Under the pieces are notes generated by a model, which worked only from the letters and a program-made list of their open reading frames with translations, searched no databases and was not told the DNA's origin. Below, piece after piece: positions 10,562-19,675 of a stretch of 64,000 bases of DNA (position 1 is its first letter; every line of letters starts with the position of its first letter). Origin of the DNA: Chloroflexota bacterium (GTDB lineage Bacteria; Chloroflexota; UBA11872; VXOZ01); contig OY760183.1 of assembly GCA_963663275.1 (NCBI GenBank), forward strand, positions 1,696,001 through 1,760,000, given 5' to 3'. The position numbers and the translations under genes are program-made.

Positions 10562-11507
10562 CCTGCGCCCGCGCGCCCAAGCGGATGCGCGGATCGATTA
10601 CGGCGTAGAGCAGGTCGGTCGCCAGATTGACGAGCACGAACGTCAGGCCGGCAATCAGCACGAAGCCCTGGATGATGGGGTAGTCGCGCGCGTAGATCGC
10701 GTCCACCACCAGCTTGCCCACGCCCGGCCACGCAAAGATCGTCTCGACGATGGCCGCCCCGCCGAGGAGTTGGCCGAACTGGGTGCCGGCGACCGTGACG
10801 ACCGGGAGGAGCGCGTTCCGCAACGCATGTCTGAGCACGACCACCCCCTTGCTCAGGCCCTTGGCGTAGGCCGTGCGAATATAGTCTTGCCCCAAGACTT
10901 CCAACACGCTGGCGTGGGTCAGCCGGACGAGTGTACCCATCGTGAAGACGCTGAGGGAAATGGCAGGCAAGATCAGGTACCGGGGGTGGCCGTCGCCGTA
11001 GCCCGCGACCGGCAGAAGCCGCAGCGTCACGGCGAAAGCATAGACCAGGATCAGCGCCACCGCAAAACTCGGCAGCGAGGCGCAGAGCAAGGCGAGCACC
11101 CGGCCGGCTTCGTCCACCAGCGAGCCGCGGTACACGGCCGTCACCGTGCCAATCGAAACTCCCAAGACCAGGGCCAGGAGCAGGGCGGCCGTGGCGAGCT
11201 TGACCGTCGCGGGAATGCGCCGGGCCAATTCCGGCAACACCGGCACGCGGTCGGTGTACGTCAGTCCCAGGTCCCCGCGGGCCACGTCACCGAGCCAGCG
11301 GACGTAACGCAGCGGCATGGGAGCGTTGAGTCCCAACTCCTCCTGTTTGGCCGCGATTTCCGCCGCCGTTGGCTCCTGGTCGCCTTGGCTCAGGGCGAGC
11401 TCGGCCGGATCGCCCGGCGAAAGATTGGCCAGGAGAAAGGCCAGCAGCGAGACGCCCAGGAGCACCGGTACCAGCGCGAGGAGACGGCTCAACGTGTAGC
11501 GGACCAT
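10539..11507 (-). CDS. ABC transporter permease (OppB/NikB type)
   Basis: PGDPA, DYIRTAYAKGL, ETIFAWPGVG, RDYP, DPRI. Confidence 0.93.
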   Translation of the reverse strand: MVRYTLSRLLALVPVLLGVSLLAFLLANLSPGDPAELALSQGDQEPTAAEIAAKQEELGLNAPMPLRYVRWLGDVARGDLGLTYTDRVPVLPELARRIPATVKLATAALLLALVLGVSIGTVTAVYRGSLVDEAGRVLALLCASLPSFAVALILVYAFAVTLRLLPVAGYGDGHPRYLILPAISLSVFTMGTLVRLTHASVLEVLGQDYIRTAYAKGLSKGVVVLRHALRNALLPVVTVAGTQFGQLLGGAAIVETIFAWPGVGKLVVDAIYARDYPIIQGFVLIAGLTFVLVNLATDLLYAVIDPRIRLGARAQGGGDDHA

Positions 11508-11602
11508 TGTATTGACTCCTCGCAAACGAGGCGGCGGCTGGGGCCCTCAGCCGCCAGCCGGCCCCTGCCGCCGCCTCGGACGAACCACGTTGCCGACCGG
11601 AA

Positions 11603-13252
11603 TCAGTCCACGGAGATATCCGCCAGGGTCGGCTGGTAGAGCGCGCTCACGTTGTAGCCCTTCACGGCTGGGTGGTGGGCATAGACGACGTGATCGTAGA
11701 GCAGCGCCGCGAAGCGCACGTCATTGAACGCGATCTCCTGCAACTGGTCGTACAGGGCTCTGCGCTCATTGTAGTCTAGCGCGACGGCTGCCTGTTCGAT
11801 GAGACTGTCGACCTCGGGGTCGTTATAGTCGAAGTGCCGCGTAGCATTGGTATTGCCCTGCGAGTGCATGAAGCGGCTGAAGATGTAGTCAGGATCACCG
11901 TTGGCCCAGCCGAAGGTGCTCACGGTCAGGTTATAGTCCCCGTTCGCAACCACTTCTTTCCAAGCCGCATGCTCGATGAGCTGGAGTTCGGCGTCCAAGC
12001 CCAGCGGCGCAATGACGGCCTGGATGACTTCAAACAGGCTCTTGTAGGGGTAACGGTTGTTCTGCAGCGACGAGATGGGCGCTGTGATCTTCATCCGCTG
12101 ACCGCCGAGGGCCGCTTGCGCCAACTCCTGCGCCTTTTGCGGGTTGTATTCCGGGACGAGGTCCTGGCGCGCCCACGTGGTGGCAAACGACGGCAAGATA
12201 CTCTTCCCGGCCGTGGCAAAGCCATGCCACAGGTCGGACGCCAGCGACTCCCGGTCGATGGCCATGTTCACTGCCTGGCGCATCTCGGGCTTGTCGAACG
12301 GCGGTTTCCTACTGTTGAACGACAGGTACTGGAAGAGCGCGATGGGCTTTGAATTCACGACCACTGCGCCCTCTCCGCGCAACTGCGCGCCCTGTTGCGG
12401 CTGCAAACCACCGAGGTCGACCACGCCGTCAATCTCACCGGAGCGCAACGCCGCGACACGCGTATTGGGGTCCGGCAAGGAGCGAAGGATGATTTGCTTC
12501 ACCGCCGGCGCGCCGCGATGGTACCGATCAAAGGCCTCCAGAATGAGGTGTTGGCCTTTCTCCCACTCGACAATCTTGAACGGCCCGGTGCTCGCCGGCG
12601 GCGCATTGAAGCTCCCTTCGGCCGTAAAGGATGCCGGTGAGAACATCGCCGAGTAGAAATTAGACATCGTGTGCGGCAGCGCGGGCCGGGGCTGGCCCAG
12701 AGTCAGCCGCACCGTGCTCGCGTCCACCGCCTCGACCTTCTCGAACTCGCCCAGGGCCCGTTCCTTGCTGTAGCCGAAAAAGCGCGAACTGCGCGGGCTG
12801 ATCTTGACGTAGCGCTCGATATTGGCGGCAACAGCGCCGGCATCGAACTCACCGCCATCATGGAAGGTTATCCCGGGGCGGAGCTTGATGGTCCACACCC
12901 GCGCATCGTCGCTCGATTCCCACGACTCGGCCAACTCGGGCTGGGGCACCAGATCGTTGTCCAGTTTGGAGAGACTGTTCCACGCATTCACGATTAGATG
13001 CGTGAAATACGGGTCTTCAAGACCATTGGCCAGGTCGCGCGGGGCCGCGAGGATGAGTTCCTCGCTGCTGCGGTTGCGGGGAGGCGCATCGGCCGACCCT
13101 TGTGCGCTCGGCGCCTTCGTCTCGCCCTGAGCGTCGGCTGCGTCTGCGGGTCCCGGGGAGCCCGCCGGTCCACAGGCGGCCGCCAAGGCGGCAAGTCCGG
13201 TTGCTGCCGCGCCGGCGAGAAAACTGCGCCGGTTGAGTTGCGTATCCTTCAC
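11603..13252 (-). CDS. Family 5 ABC substrate-binding lipoprotein (Opp/Dpp/Nik/Cnt type), Tat signal
   Basis: RRSFL Tat motif, AAAC lipobox, PELAESWE, LRPGITFHDG, TGPF; GTG start with AGGAGG. Confidence 0.92.
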   Translation of the reverse strand: MKDTQLNRRSFLAGAAATGLAALAAACGPAGSPGPADAADAQGETKAPSAQGSADAPPRNRSSEELILAAPRDLANGLEDPYFTHLIVNAWNSLSKLDNDLVPQPELAESWESSDDARVWTIKLRPGITFHDGGEFDAGAVAANIERYVKISPRSSRFFGYSKERALGEFEKVEAVDASTVRLTLGQPRPALPHTMSNFYSAMFSPASFTAEGSFNAPPASTGPFKIVEWEKGQHLILEAFDRYHRGAPAVKQIILRSLPDPNTRVAALRSGEIDGVVDLGGLQPQQGAQLRGEGAVVVNSKPIALFQYLSFNSRKPPFDKPEMRQAVNMAIDRESLASDLWHGFATAGKSILPSFATTWARQDLVPEYNPQKAQELAQAALGGQRMKITAPISSLQNNRYPYKSLFEVIQAVIAPLGLDAELQLIEHAAWKEVVANGDYNLTVSTFGWANGDPDYIFSRFMHSQGNTNATRHFDYNDPEVDSLIEQAAVALDYNERRALYDQLQEIAFNDVRFAALLYDHVVYAHHPAVKGYNVSALYQPTLADISVD

Positions 13253-13265
13253 AGCACAAACCTCC

Positions 13266-13338
13266 TATTGCAATTCATACGCAATACCATTCCCAATAAA
13301 CGGGGATAGTGTAGAATTAACGAGAACTGTTGTCAAGT
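13266..13338 (-). promoter_or_regulatory. Promoter (TTGACA-N17-TACACT) with a Fur/Zur-family box and a second 21-bp palindrome beside the RBS
   Basis: TAACGAGAACTGTTGTCAAGT at 13318-13338 and TATTGCAATTCATACGCAATA at 13266-13286; region is homologous to 7241-7338. Confidence 0.75.
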
Positions 13339-13537
13339 AAAGAGAGGAAGCGTCCCAAGCCCCGGGCACGAAGAGGGAGCGGAAAGAGACACGATGCAGG
13401 CCGTCACGCTCGCGCCGAGCGTCCTCTGCAACAGGTTCGGATCAGGCGCGGGTCCGATGTGGACAACAGAGCTTTCCGTTTTTTGAGCCGGGAGAGTGCG
13501 GAAGCTTCTCCGGCCAGGTTACAAAGGAGTACATTGC

Positions 13538-14410
13538 GTGAAACTACCGATGGAAGGAACGAGCGAAACGCCCCGCCTGCCGTTCGACCCATTTGCGCTC
13601 TGGCGCGCGGAACAGCAAGCGGGCACAGACCGGGGCCCCAGACTGGACGATGCGGTGGATTTGGCGGTCTGGCGGGAACTCGCCCACGACTTCGACGGAC
13701 CGAATACACAGACGAAGCGCGCTCCCGACTTGCTGGGGCGGGTGCTGGAGTTGGCCCCTGCGGGCGCTTCGGTCCTCGACATTGGAGCCGGCACGGGAAA
13801 CTACGCGCTCCCGCTGGCGGAGAAGGGTTGCGCCGTGACCGCCCTTGAATACAGCCCCGACATGTTGGCCGTATTGAGGCGCAAACTGGAGGAGCAGGGG
13901 GTTGAGGGCGTCACTCCCCAGCCGGATAGGTGGGAGGATACGCAGATTGCTCCCCACGACTACGTGCTCGCCGCCAACTGCCTCTACCGCACTGACGACC
14001 TGCGCTACGCGCTGGAGCGGTTCTCGGCGCTGGCGCGTTCGCGTGTGCTCGTCATCTTCAGCATTGGCACGCCGCACGTGCTTCTGAACGCACTCAGCCA
14101 GGCGCTTGGTAGAGGTCCATTCATTACCGGCGCGGGGCCGGACCACGTTGTCTGGGGCTTGCAGGCGCTGGGCGTGCTGCCATGGGTGGAGCCCTTCAAC
14201 GTGAGGCGAAAACTGCAATTCGCGGATCTTCCTGAAGCGGCGCGCCAGCTTGGACGGACGCTGAATCTAAAGGCCGATGATCACAGTCGCGCCATTGACG
14301 TTCTCGCGTCTCTGCTGCAGCCGGTGGCAACCGGTTGGGAATATCCCTACACCTTGACGATTCCGCTTATCCATTGGGAGGCGGCGGCTCTGCGCGCCAA
14401 CGACCGTTAG
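13538..14410 (+). CDS. Class I SAM-dependent methyltransferase
   Basis: SVLDIGAGTG motif I, VTALEYSPDML motif; GTG start after AAGGAG; divergent from the ABC operon. Confidence 0.88.
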   Translation: MKLPMEGTSETPRLPFDPFALWRAEQQAGTDRGPRLDDAVDLAVWRELAHDFDGPNTQTKRAPDLLGRVLELAPAGASVLDIGAGTGNYALPLAEKGCAVTALEYSPDMLAVLRRKLEEQGVEGVTPQPDRWEDTQIAPHDYVLAANCLYRTDDLRYALERFSALARSRVLVIFSIGTPHVLLNALSQALGRGPFITGAGPDHVVWGLQALGVLPWVEPFNVRRKLQFADLPEAARQLGRTLNLKADDHSRAIDVLASLLQPVATGWEYPYTLTIPLIHWEAAALRANDR

Positions 14411-14464
14411 GCGCAGGCGCGTTGCTGGCGCGGGATTGCGCCAGCATCTTCCAGGGTTAGCGCG

Positions 14465-17400
14465 TCAGGGCGCCGGAATCCTTAGGCGTTGGCCGGCGAA
14501 GATCACATCAGGATCAGTGATCTCGTTCAACTCCGCCAGCGCCGCCACGGTCACGCCGAACTCCTGGGCGATGGCGGTGAGCGTGTCGCCGGCCTGCACG
14601 ACGTACTCGGCGGTTTCGGGCAGCGGAGTCGGCGGCGTGGGTGCGGGGGCCGGTGTTGGTGAACTGCCGGGCGTCGGAGCCGGCGCGGGAGTTGGCTGCG
14701 GCGTCTGTGGCGCCGCCAGCAATTGGGGCGTGGCGGTTGGCGTCGCGGGCGGCGTCGCTGCCGCCGCCGCGCTGGCGCCGGTGGATGCCGCCGCGGTATC
14801 CGGATACCAGACGTTGCGGGTCGCGAACGTCACCGCAATGAGCGCGGCGACGGATACAAAGACAATTCCCCGCGCCAGGCCCTGGTCGCCCCCAAGGGGC
14901 GCTCTGGTACCGGCGGGGAGGAGCGGCCACCAGTTGGCGCGCACAGAGGCCGGCCACCAATTCGCGCTGCCCACCAAGGTGGCAATACCGGGCACCAGCA
15001 GCGAGCGCACGACCAGCGCGTCGATGAGGATTCCCAGCGCGATGGCAGCGCCCGTTTGGAAGAGCATTTCCAGCGGCGCCGCCGTGAGCGCGCCAAAGGT
15101 GCCGGCCAGAATGACGCCGGCGGCGGTGATGATGGCGCCGGTGCGCGCCGAGGCCACGCGCACGCCCTCGCGCAGCGGCAGCGACGCGCTCTCTTCCCGG
15201 ATGCGGTGCACCAGGAAGACGTTGTAGTCCGCCCCGAGCGCGACGAGCATGACCATCATCGTCAGGGGCAAGAGGTAGTAGACCCCCTGGTGGCCGAGCA
15301 CGCCCTGGAAGAGGAGGGTCACGAGTCCCAGGCTGCTGCCGTACGAAAAGACGACGGTGGCGACCAGGTAGATCGGGGCGACCAGGCTGCGGAGCAGAAT
15401 GGCGAGAACGCCAAAGACTCCCACCACCGTCACGACGCCTACCGCTTGAATGTCCTGCCGGACGACGTGCCGCATGTCGGTAATCTCGGCGGTGGCGCCG
15501 CCGACGGAGATGCGCGCCGCGGACAACGGCCCCGCGCTCTGCCGCCGCAGCGTCTCGCGGATTTCCTCCAAGCCGTCGATTGCCGCCGCGTGCAGCGGAT
15601 CTTCCGCAAGGATCACGAAGAAGCGCATGGTCGCGCCGTCAGCCGAAATGAAGTGCGGCGTAAGCGCGCTCGCGGCCTGCGCCGCGCCGGGGAGCGCCGT
15701 GGGGATGAAGTACGGGTGCGGGTAGGCCGCGAAGACCGCGCGCAAGTTGGTGAGCGACTCCGCCGCAACCAAGATCGCCGGGGCAAGCGGATAGTCCGCG
15801 GACTCCGCGGCGGGCGGGCCGCTGGGCGTGAATTCCGCGTCCGGTCTCGAGTCGAAGAACGCCGCAAGCCGCTCAAGCCGGTCGGCTAGAGAGCCCGTGA
15901 GAGCGACAAACTGGGACTGCCGCGCCGCGCGCTGCTCGGCGGTGAGGCCGGACGACGCGGTCGAAGCCTGGGCGAACTGTTGGGCGGTCTCCAGCAGCGA
16001 GGCCGCTTCGCCGAAAGCCGGCTCCCCGCGAACGTCCGGGAACGCTGCGGCGAGTTCCACCAGATAACGGCTCGCTCCCGCCAATGCCGCCGTGGGGTCG
16101 GACGCGCCCGCGGACGGAGCGGGCGCGCGCAGTTGCTCCGCCATCTGCCGCAACTGCGCGCCGGGGTGGGCTTGGTTGCGGATGGCGGTGGTGATGATCG
16201 CCAGATGTGCCAGCGCGTCGCGCGCCTGTGTGAATTGCGCCCCCTGCGCCACGTCGGGAAAGGCGCTTCCCAACTCAGCCAGGTACGCCCGCAGCGCGTC
16301 CACCTGCGCCGCCAATGCGCCAAGCCGGTTCCCGGCCGGCGCTCCTTGATCTTCCGGCGGCGCGCGCAGGGAGGCCAGAATCTGGTCGAGTTGCCCCGGC
16401 ACCGAGAATACCGAGGCGGCGCCGTCGCCGGAGGGATCGATGAGGCTGCGGGTCTGCGCAACGTTGCTCAACGCCATGAGTTCATCCTGGAGCGCCGCGA
16501 GCGCCCGCAGGTACGGCGTGGACGTGAGGGCGGCGTCTTGCGGGAACTCGAGCAGCACCGACGCGGGGGCGAACTCGCCTGGCGGGTAGTGCCTGGCCAT
16601 GGCATCGAAGCCTTGGCGCGAATCCATGGACTTTGGCAGCGCCGCGATCATCGCGATGTTCTCGCGGAACTGTGTGAGACCCAGGTAGGGAAGAGCGAGA
16701 AGTACGGTGATGACGATCACCGGGATGAGCGGGCGAATGGCGACCAGGTTGCTCACCCGCACCCAGAACGCAGACGGTTGGGTATTCTCGACGCTGATCC
16801 TGCGCGGCCAGAAGAGATGGCGGCCAAAGAGGGAGAGCAAGGCGGGCGTCAGCGTAAGCCCGGCAAGCAGCGTGATGCCTACGGCAAAAGCCAGACCGGG
16901 CCCCATAGTCTGCAGGATGCCGAAGCGCGCCATGCCAAGGGCGGAGAGGCCGACCATCGTGGTAAGGGCGCTGGCGGAAATCACCGCGCCGATGCGCTGC
17001 ACGGAGCGTACCGCCGCTTCATACGCCGGATTCTGCGCCAGTTCCTCCCGAAAGCGCGAGATGAAGAAGAGCGAGTAGTCGGTGCCCGCGCCAAAGACGA
17101 GCACCACCATGTACGTATCGAGGAGCGACGAAATCTGCCAACCGGCCTGGGCCAGGTAGCCCAGAATGCCCCGGGACACGAGATACGCGAGCGTGATCGT
17201 GATGAGGGGGATGAGGACTGCCAGCGGGGACCGGTAGATGAAGAAGAGAAGGGCGATGACGAGCACAACCGTAACGATGCTGGTGCGGTCGGTGCTCTCG
17301 GCGACGCTGGCAACGAGATCGGTGCCAATCCCGGCTTCACCGGAGAAGTGCACCGTCAGCCCGTCCGGTATTCCCTGTTTCACACGCTCGCGGATGGCAT

Positions 17401-17851
17401 GGGTCAGATCGTCCGCCGCCGGCTGAAACGCCGCGATCGTGAGATTGACCGTGAGCAGCATGGCCGCGTTGTCCGGGCTGATCAGCGTGCCCGCCTGCTC
17501 CGGGTGGCTGAAGACGGAGACGACGTCCTGCACGATGGCCGGACCTTCGGGGGAAAGCAGCCAGTTGTGGATGTCCTCGGCAAAGGCGCGGTCGGCGGGG
17601 GTGAGGCCGCCCTCCCGCACAAAGACCAACAGGCCGCTGCCGGCGCTGCCGCCGGCCTCGAACTTCTCCGCCTCCAGCGCGCGGGCGGTGATGGAATCGG
17701 ACGCGGAGGGGAGGAAACTGGTCTGGTCGGATGAAGAAACGTCCCTGATGGAAGGGGCGGTGAGACCGAGGACCACCGCGAGGGCAATCCAAGAGAGAAT
17801 CACGAGGACGCGGAAGGACACGACGGCGTGCCCGATCGTGCGGAACATCAA
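14465..17851 (-). CDS. MMPL (RND) family transporter with C-terminal Pro/Thr linker and LysM domain
   Basis: Two MMPL halves (GAGTDYSLFFISRFREE; ALGADYNVFLVHRIREE); C-terminal YVVQAGDTLTAIAQEFGVTVAALAELNEITDPDVIFAGQRLRIP. Confidence 0.9.
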   Translation of the reverse strand: MMFRTIGHAVVSFRVLVILSWIALAVVLGLTAPSIRDVSSSDQTSFLPSASDSITARALEAEKFEAGGSAGSGLLVFVREGGLTPADRAFAEDIHNWLLSPEGPAIVQDVVSVFSHPEQAGTLISPDNAAMLLTVNLTIAAFQPAADDLTHAIRERVKQGIPDGLTVHFSGEAGIGTDLVASVAESTDRTSIVTVVLVIALLFFIYRSPLAVLIPLITITLAYLVSRGILGYLAQAGWQISSLLDTYMVVLVFGAGTDYSLFFISRFREELAQNPAYEAAVRSVQRIGAVISASALTTMVGLSALGMARFGILQTMGPGLAFAVGITLLAGLTLTPALLSLFGRHLFWPRRISVENTQPSAFWVRVSNLVAIRPLIPVIVITVLLALPYLGLTQFRENIAMIAALPKSMDSRQGFDAMARHYPPGEFAPASVLLEFPQDAALTSTPYLRALAALQDELMALSNVAQTRSLIDPSGDGAASVFSVPGQLDQILASLRAPPEDQGAPAGNRLGALAAQVDALRAYLAELGSAFPDVAQGAQFTQARDALAHLAIITTAIRNQAHPGAQLRQMAEQLRAPAPSAGASDPTAALAGASRYLVELAAAFPDVRGEPAFGEAASLLETAQQFAQASTASSGLTAEQRAARQSQFVALTGSLADRLERLAAFFDSRPDAEFTPSGPPAAESADYPLAPAILVAAESLTNLRAVFAAYPHPYFIPTALPGAAQAASALTPHFISADGATMRFFVILAEDPLHAAAIDGLEEIRETLRRQSAGPLSAARISVGGATAEITDMRHVVRQDIQAVGVVTVVGVFGVLAILLRSLVAPIYLVATVVFSYGSSLGLVTLLFQGVLGHQGVYYLLPLTMMVMLVALGADYNVFLVHRIREESASLPLREGVRVASARTGAIITAAGVILAGTFGALTAAPLEMLFQTGAAIALGILIDALVVRSLLVPGIATLVGSANWWPASVRANWWPLLPAGTRAPLGGDQGLARGIVFVSVAALIAVTFATRNVWYPDTAAASTGASAAAAATPPATPTATPQLLAAPQTPQPTPAPAPTPGSSPTPAPAPTPPTPLPETAEYVVQAGDTLTAIAQEFGVTVAALAELNEITDPDVIFAGQRLRIPAP

Positions 17852-18158
17852 GCTATCCTCGCCCTGGCACGTGCAGAAAGGAGCGCTACGATGCGCGCTC
17901 CCGGTTTCGTTCGCTTGAGCAGCGCCCGTCAGCCCCCGGCGGACTCATTGTACCGCGCAGTACTCGTAGTCACAACGGGTACCGGCGGCAAGCGCGCGGC
18001 GCCGCAGTCCGTTCTCTCTTGCCGCTCTGTGCCGCACAATTGACTTCTGCCCCTCGAACGGGTTTCATGGTTGGTTATAGTGGTCCGCCCAACGCCGTTT
18101 CGCGCCGGCAGGATTTTGGCGCGGGACGGGTTAGCAACGAGGAGTAAGAGAGGCACTC

Positions 18159-18974
18159 ATGAAGAAAGGTCTCAACCGGGGCGCTTTGCCGGGCGATTGG
18201 CAGCCGCGCGAGATTCTGGATACCGCCAAGGCGGCGGGTTTCGACGGCGTGGAGTTGACGTTCGCGAACGAGGGGTCTCTGCACGTCAACCTCACCAATG
18301 ATGAGTTGCGGGCAATCCGCAAGCACGCGGAGTCCATCGGCCTGGAGTTGCCCAGCACCTACACCGGGTTGAACTGGCAGGTGCGCATGACCGCCGGAGA
18401 TGCGGACGAGCGGGCGCACGCGGCGCGCATCAACGAGCGCATGTTGGAAATCGCGCATGAGATCGGGGCGAATACGCTCCTGGTTGTGCCGGGCGTGGTT
18501 GACGAAGACACGGCCTACGACGACGCTTACAACCGGGCCCGCGACGCGCTCGGCGGGCTTGTGCCCAAGGCGCGCAGCCTGGGCGTGACGATCGGCGTCG
18601 AGAATGTGTGGAACAAATTCCTGCTCAGCCCGCTGGAGTTCGCCCGCTTCGTGGACGAGATCGATGATCCGCACGTCGGCGCGTACTTCGACGTGGGCAA
18701 CATCCTGGCCTACGGCTACCCGGAGCAGTGGATACGCATCCTCGGCAAGCGCATCGTGAAGTGCCACGTGAAGGATTTCGTGGTCCAGCGGCCTGGCGGC
18801 TACTTCACGACCTTGCTGGAAGGTTCGGTGGACTGGCCGGCGGTGCGCCGGGCATGGCAGGAAATCGGATACGACGACTTCGTGACGGTGGAGATTGGGC
18901 CGATGCGCCACAATCCGGCGCTGGGCGCGCGCATCATGGCGGAGTCCTTGGATACGATCTTCGGCCTGGAGTAG
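18159..18974 (+). CDS. Sugar phosphate isomerase/epimerase (xylose-isomerase-like TIM barrel)
   Basis: AGFDGVEL, ENVWNKFLLSPLE, YFDVGN, HVKDF. Confidence 0.88.
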   Translation: MKKGLNRGALPGDWQPREILDTAKAAGFDGVELTFANEGSLHVNLTNDELRAIRKHAESIGLELPSTYTGLNWQVRMTAGDADERAHAARINERMLEIAHEIGANTLLVVPGVVDEDTAYDDAYNRARDALGGLVPKARSLGVTIGVENVWNKFLLSPLEFARFVDEIDDPHVGAYFDVGNILAYGYPEQWIRILGKRIVKCHVKDFVVQRPGGYFTTLLEGSVDWPAVRRAWQEIGYDDFVTVEIGPMRHNPALGARIMAESLDTIFGLE

Positions 18975-19020
18975 CAGCGGCGGCGGAAGTCTCGCAGCGG
19001 CGAATCCTTCTCTCGATGCG

Positions 19021-19176
19021 GTCGCACTAACGTAGAGCGGGGGCGGGTCTTCTATTGGTGTCGCATCAACGCAGCGCGGGGGCTGGTTTTCTATTGGTGT
19101 CGCACTAACGTAGCGCGGGGTCTTGTCCCCTATTCGTGTAGCAATTGCGTAGCGCGGGGGCTTGTCCCCCGCCGGA
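19021..19176. repeat. Four degenerate 39-bp tandem units, each containing a GTAG-type REP
   Basis: Units start at 19021, 19060, 19099 and 19138 (GTCGCACTAACGTAGCGCGGGGGCTTGTCCCCTATTGGT-like). Confidence 0.8.
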
Positions 19177-19281
19177 TGCGCGAGGAACGGACACGCAGAG
19201 GGTAGACCGAAGAAAGACGCAGGTTACGCGCGCGTCCGCTGCGAACCTGCGCTACCGGAATTGAGGGTCGCTGAGAGCCAC

Positions 19282-19403
19282 GGCTTGTCACAAGGTGTAG
19301 GGGCACGACTTGTCGTGCCCCTACACCTTGTTGACGTCAGGTCAGGGGCATTGTCAGCGCGGATTCGCCGTGGTTGCCAACGTCAGGGTTAAATGCGACA
19401 GCA
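19282..19403. repeat. Dispersed ~120-bp element containing the palindrome GTAGGGGCACGAC-GTCGTGCCCCTAC
   Basis: Inverted homologous copy at about 36712-36830. Confidence 0.75.
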
Positions 19404-19432
19404 TTGCCCCCTCACCCCGGCCCTCTCCCCCA

Positions 19433-19574
19433 GGAGACCTTTGCATAACTCCGTCATTCCGGTGAAAACCGGAATCCAGAGCGGTTTTACACCTAAAGAT
19501 TGCATGATTTCAAGCCATTTCACCCCCCATCCCAACCTTCCCCCCAATGGGGAAGGGGTTACGCAAAGGTCTCC
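19433..19574. mobile_element. MITE family B (142 bp, TIR GGAGACCTTTGCATAAC)
   Basis: Terminal inverted repeats; sits in the loop of a CCCTCTCCC-GGGAGAGGG hairpin with the loop bases (CCA) duplicated; same-length copy at 21904 and an interrupted copy at 31734. Confidence 0.8.
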
Positions 19575-19675
19575 CCAGGGAGAGGGTGTCTGGACCAGAA
19601 TGAGGGTGTCTAGACCAGGAAGAGGGTGTCAGTTCTTGTCATTTCGCGTGCGAGGCAGGAGGAGAGGACTTTGCG

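Noticed and set aside
13340-13530. Riboswitch before the methyltransferase
   Set aside because: No recognisable cobalamin, SAM or TPP aptamer consensus by eye; an Rfam scan would settle it
13538-14410. Methyltransferase as a CntL/nicotianamine synthase
   Set aside because: Only generic class I motifs are visible, and no CntK/CntM-like genes are nearby
19021-19176. Possible degenerate CRISPR
   Set aside because: The 39-bp period is entirely repeated sequence built from a REP found throughout the window
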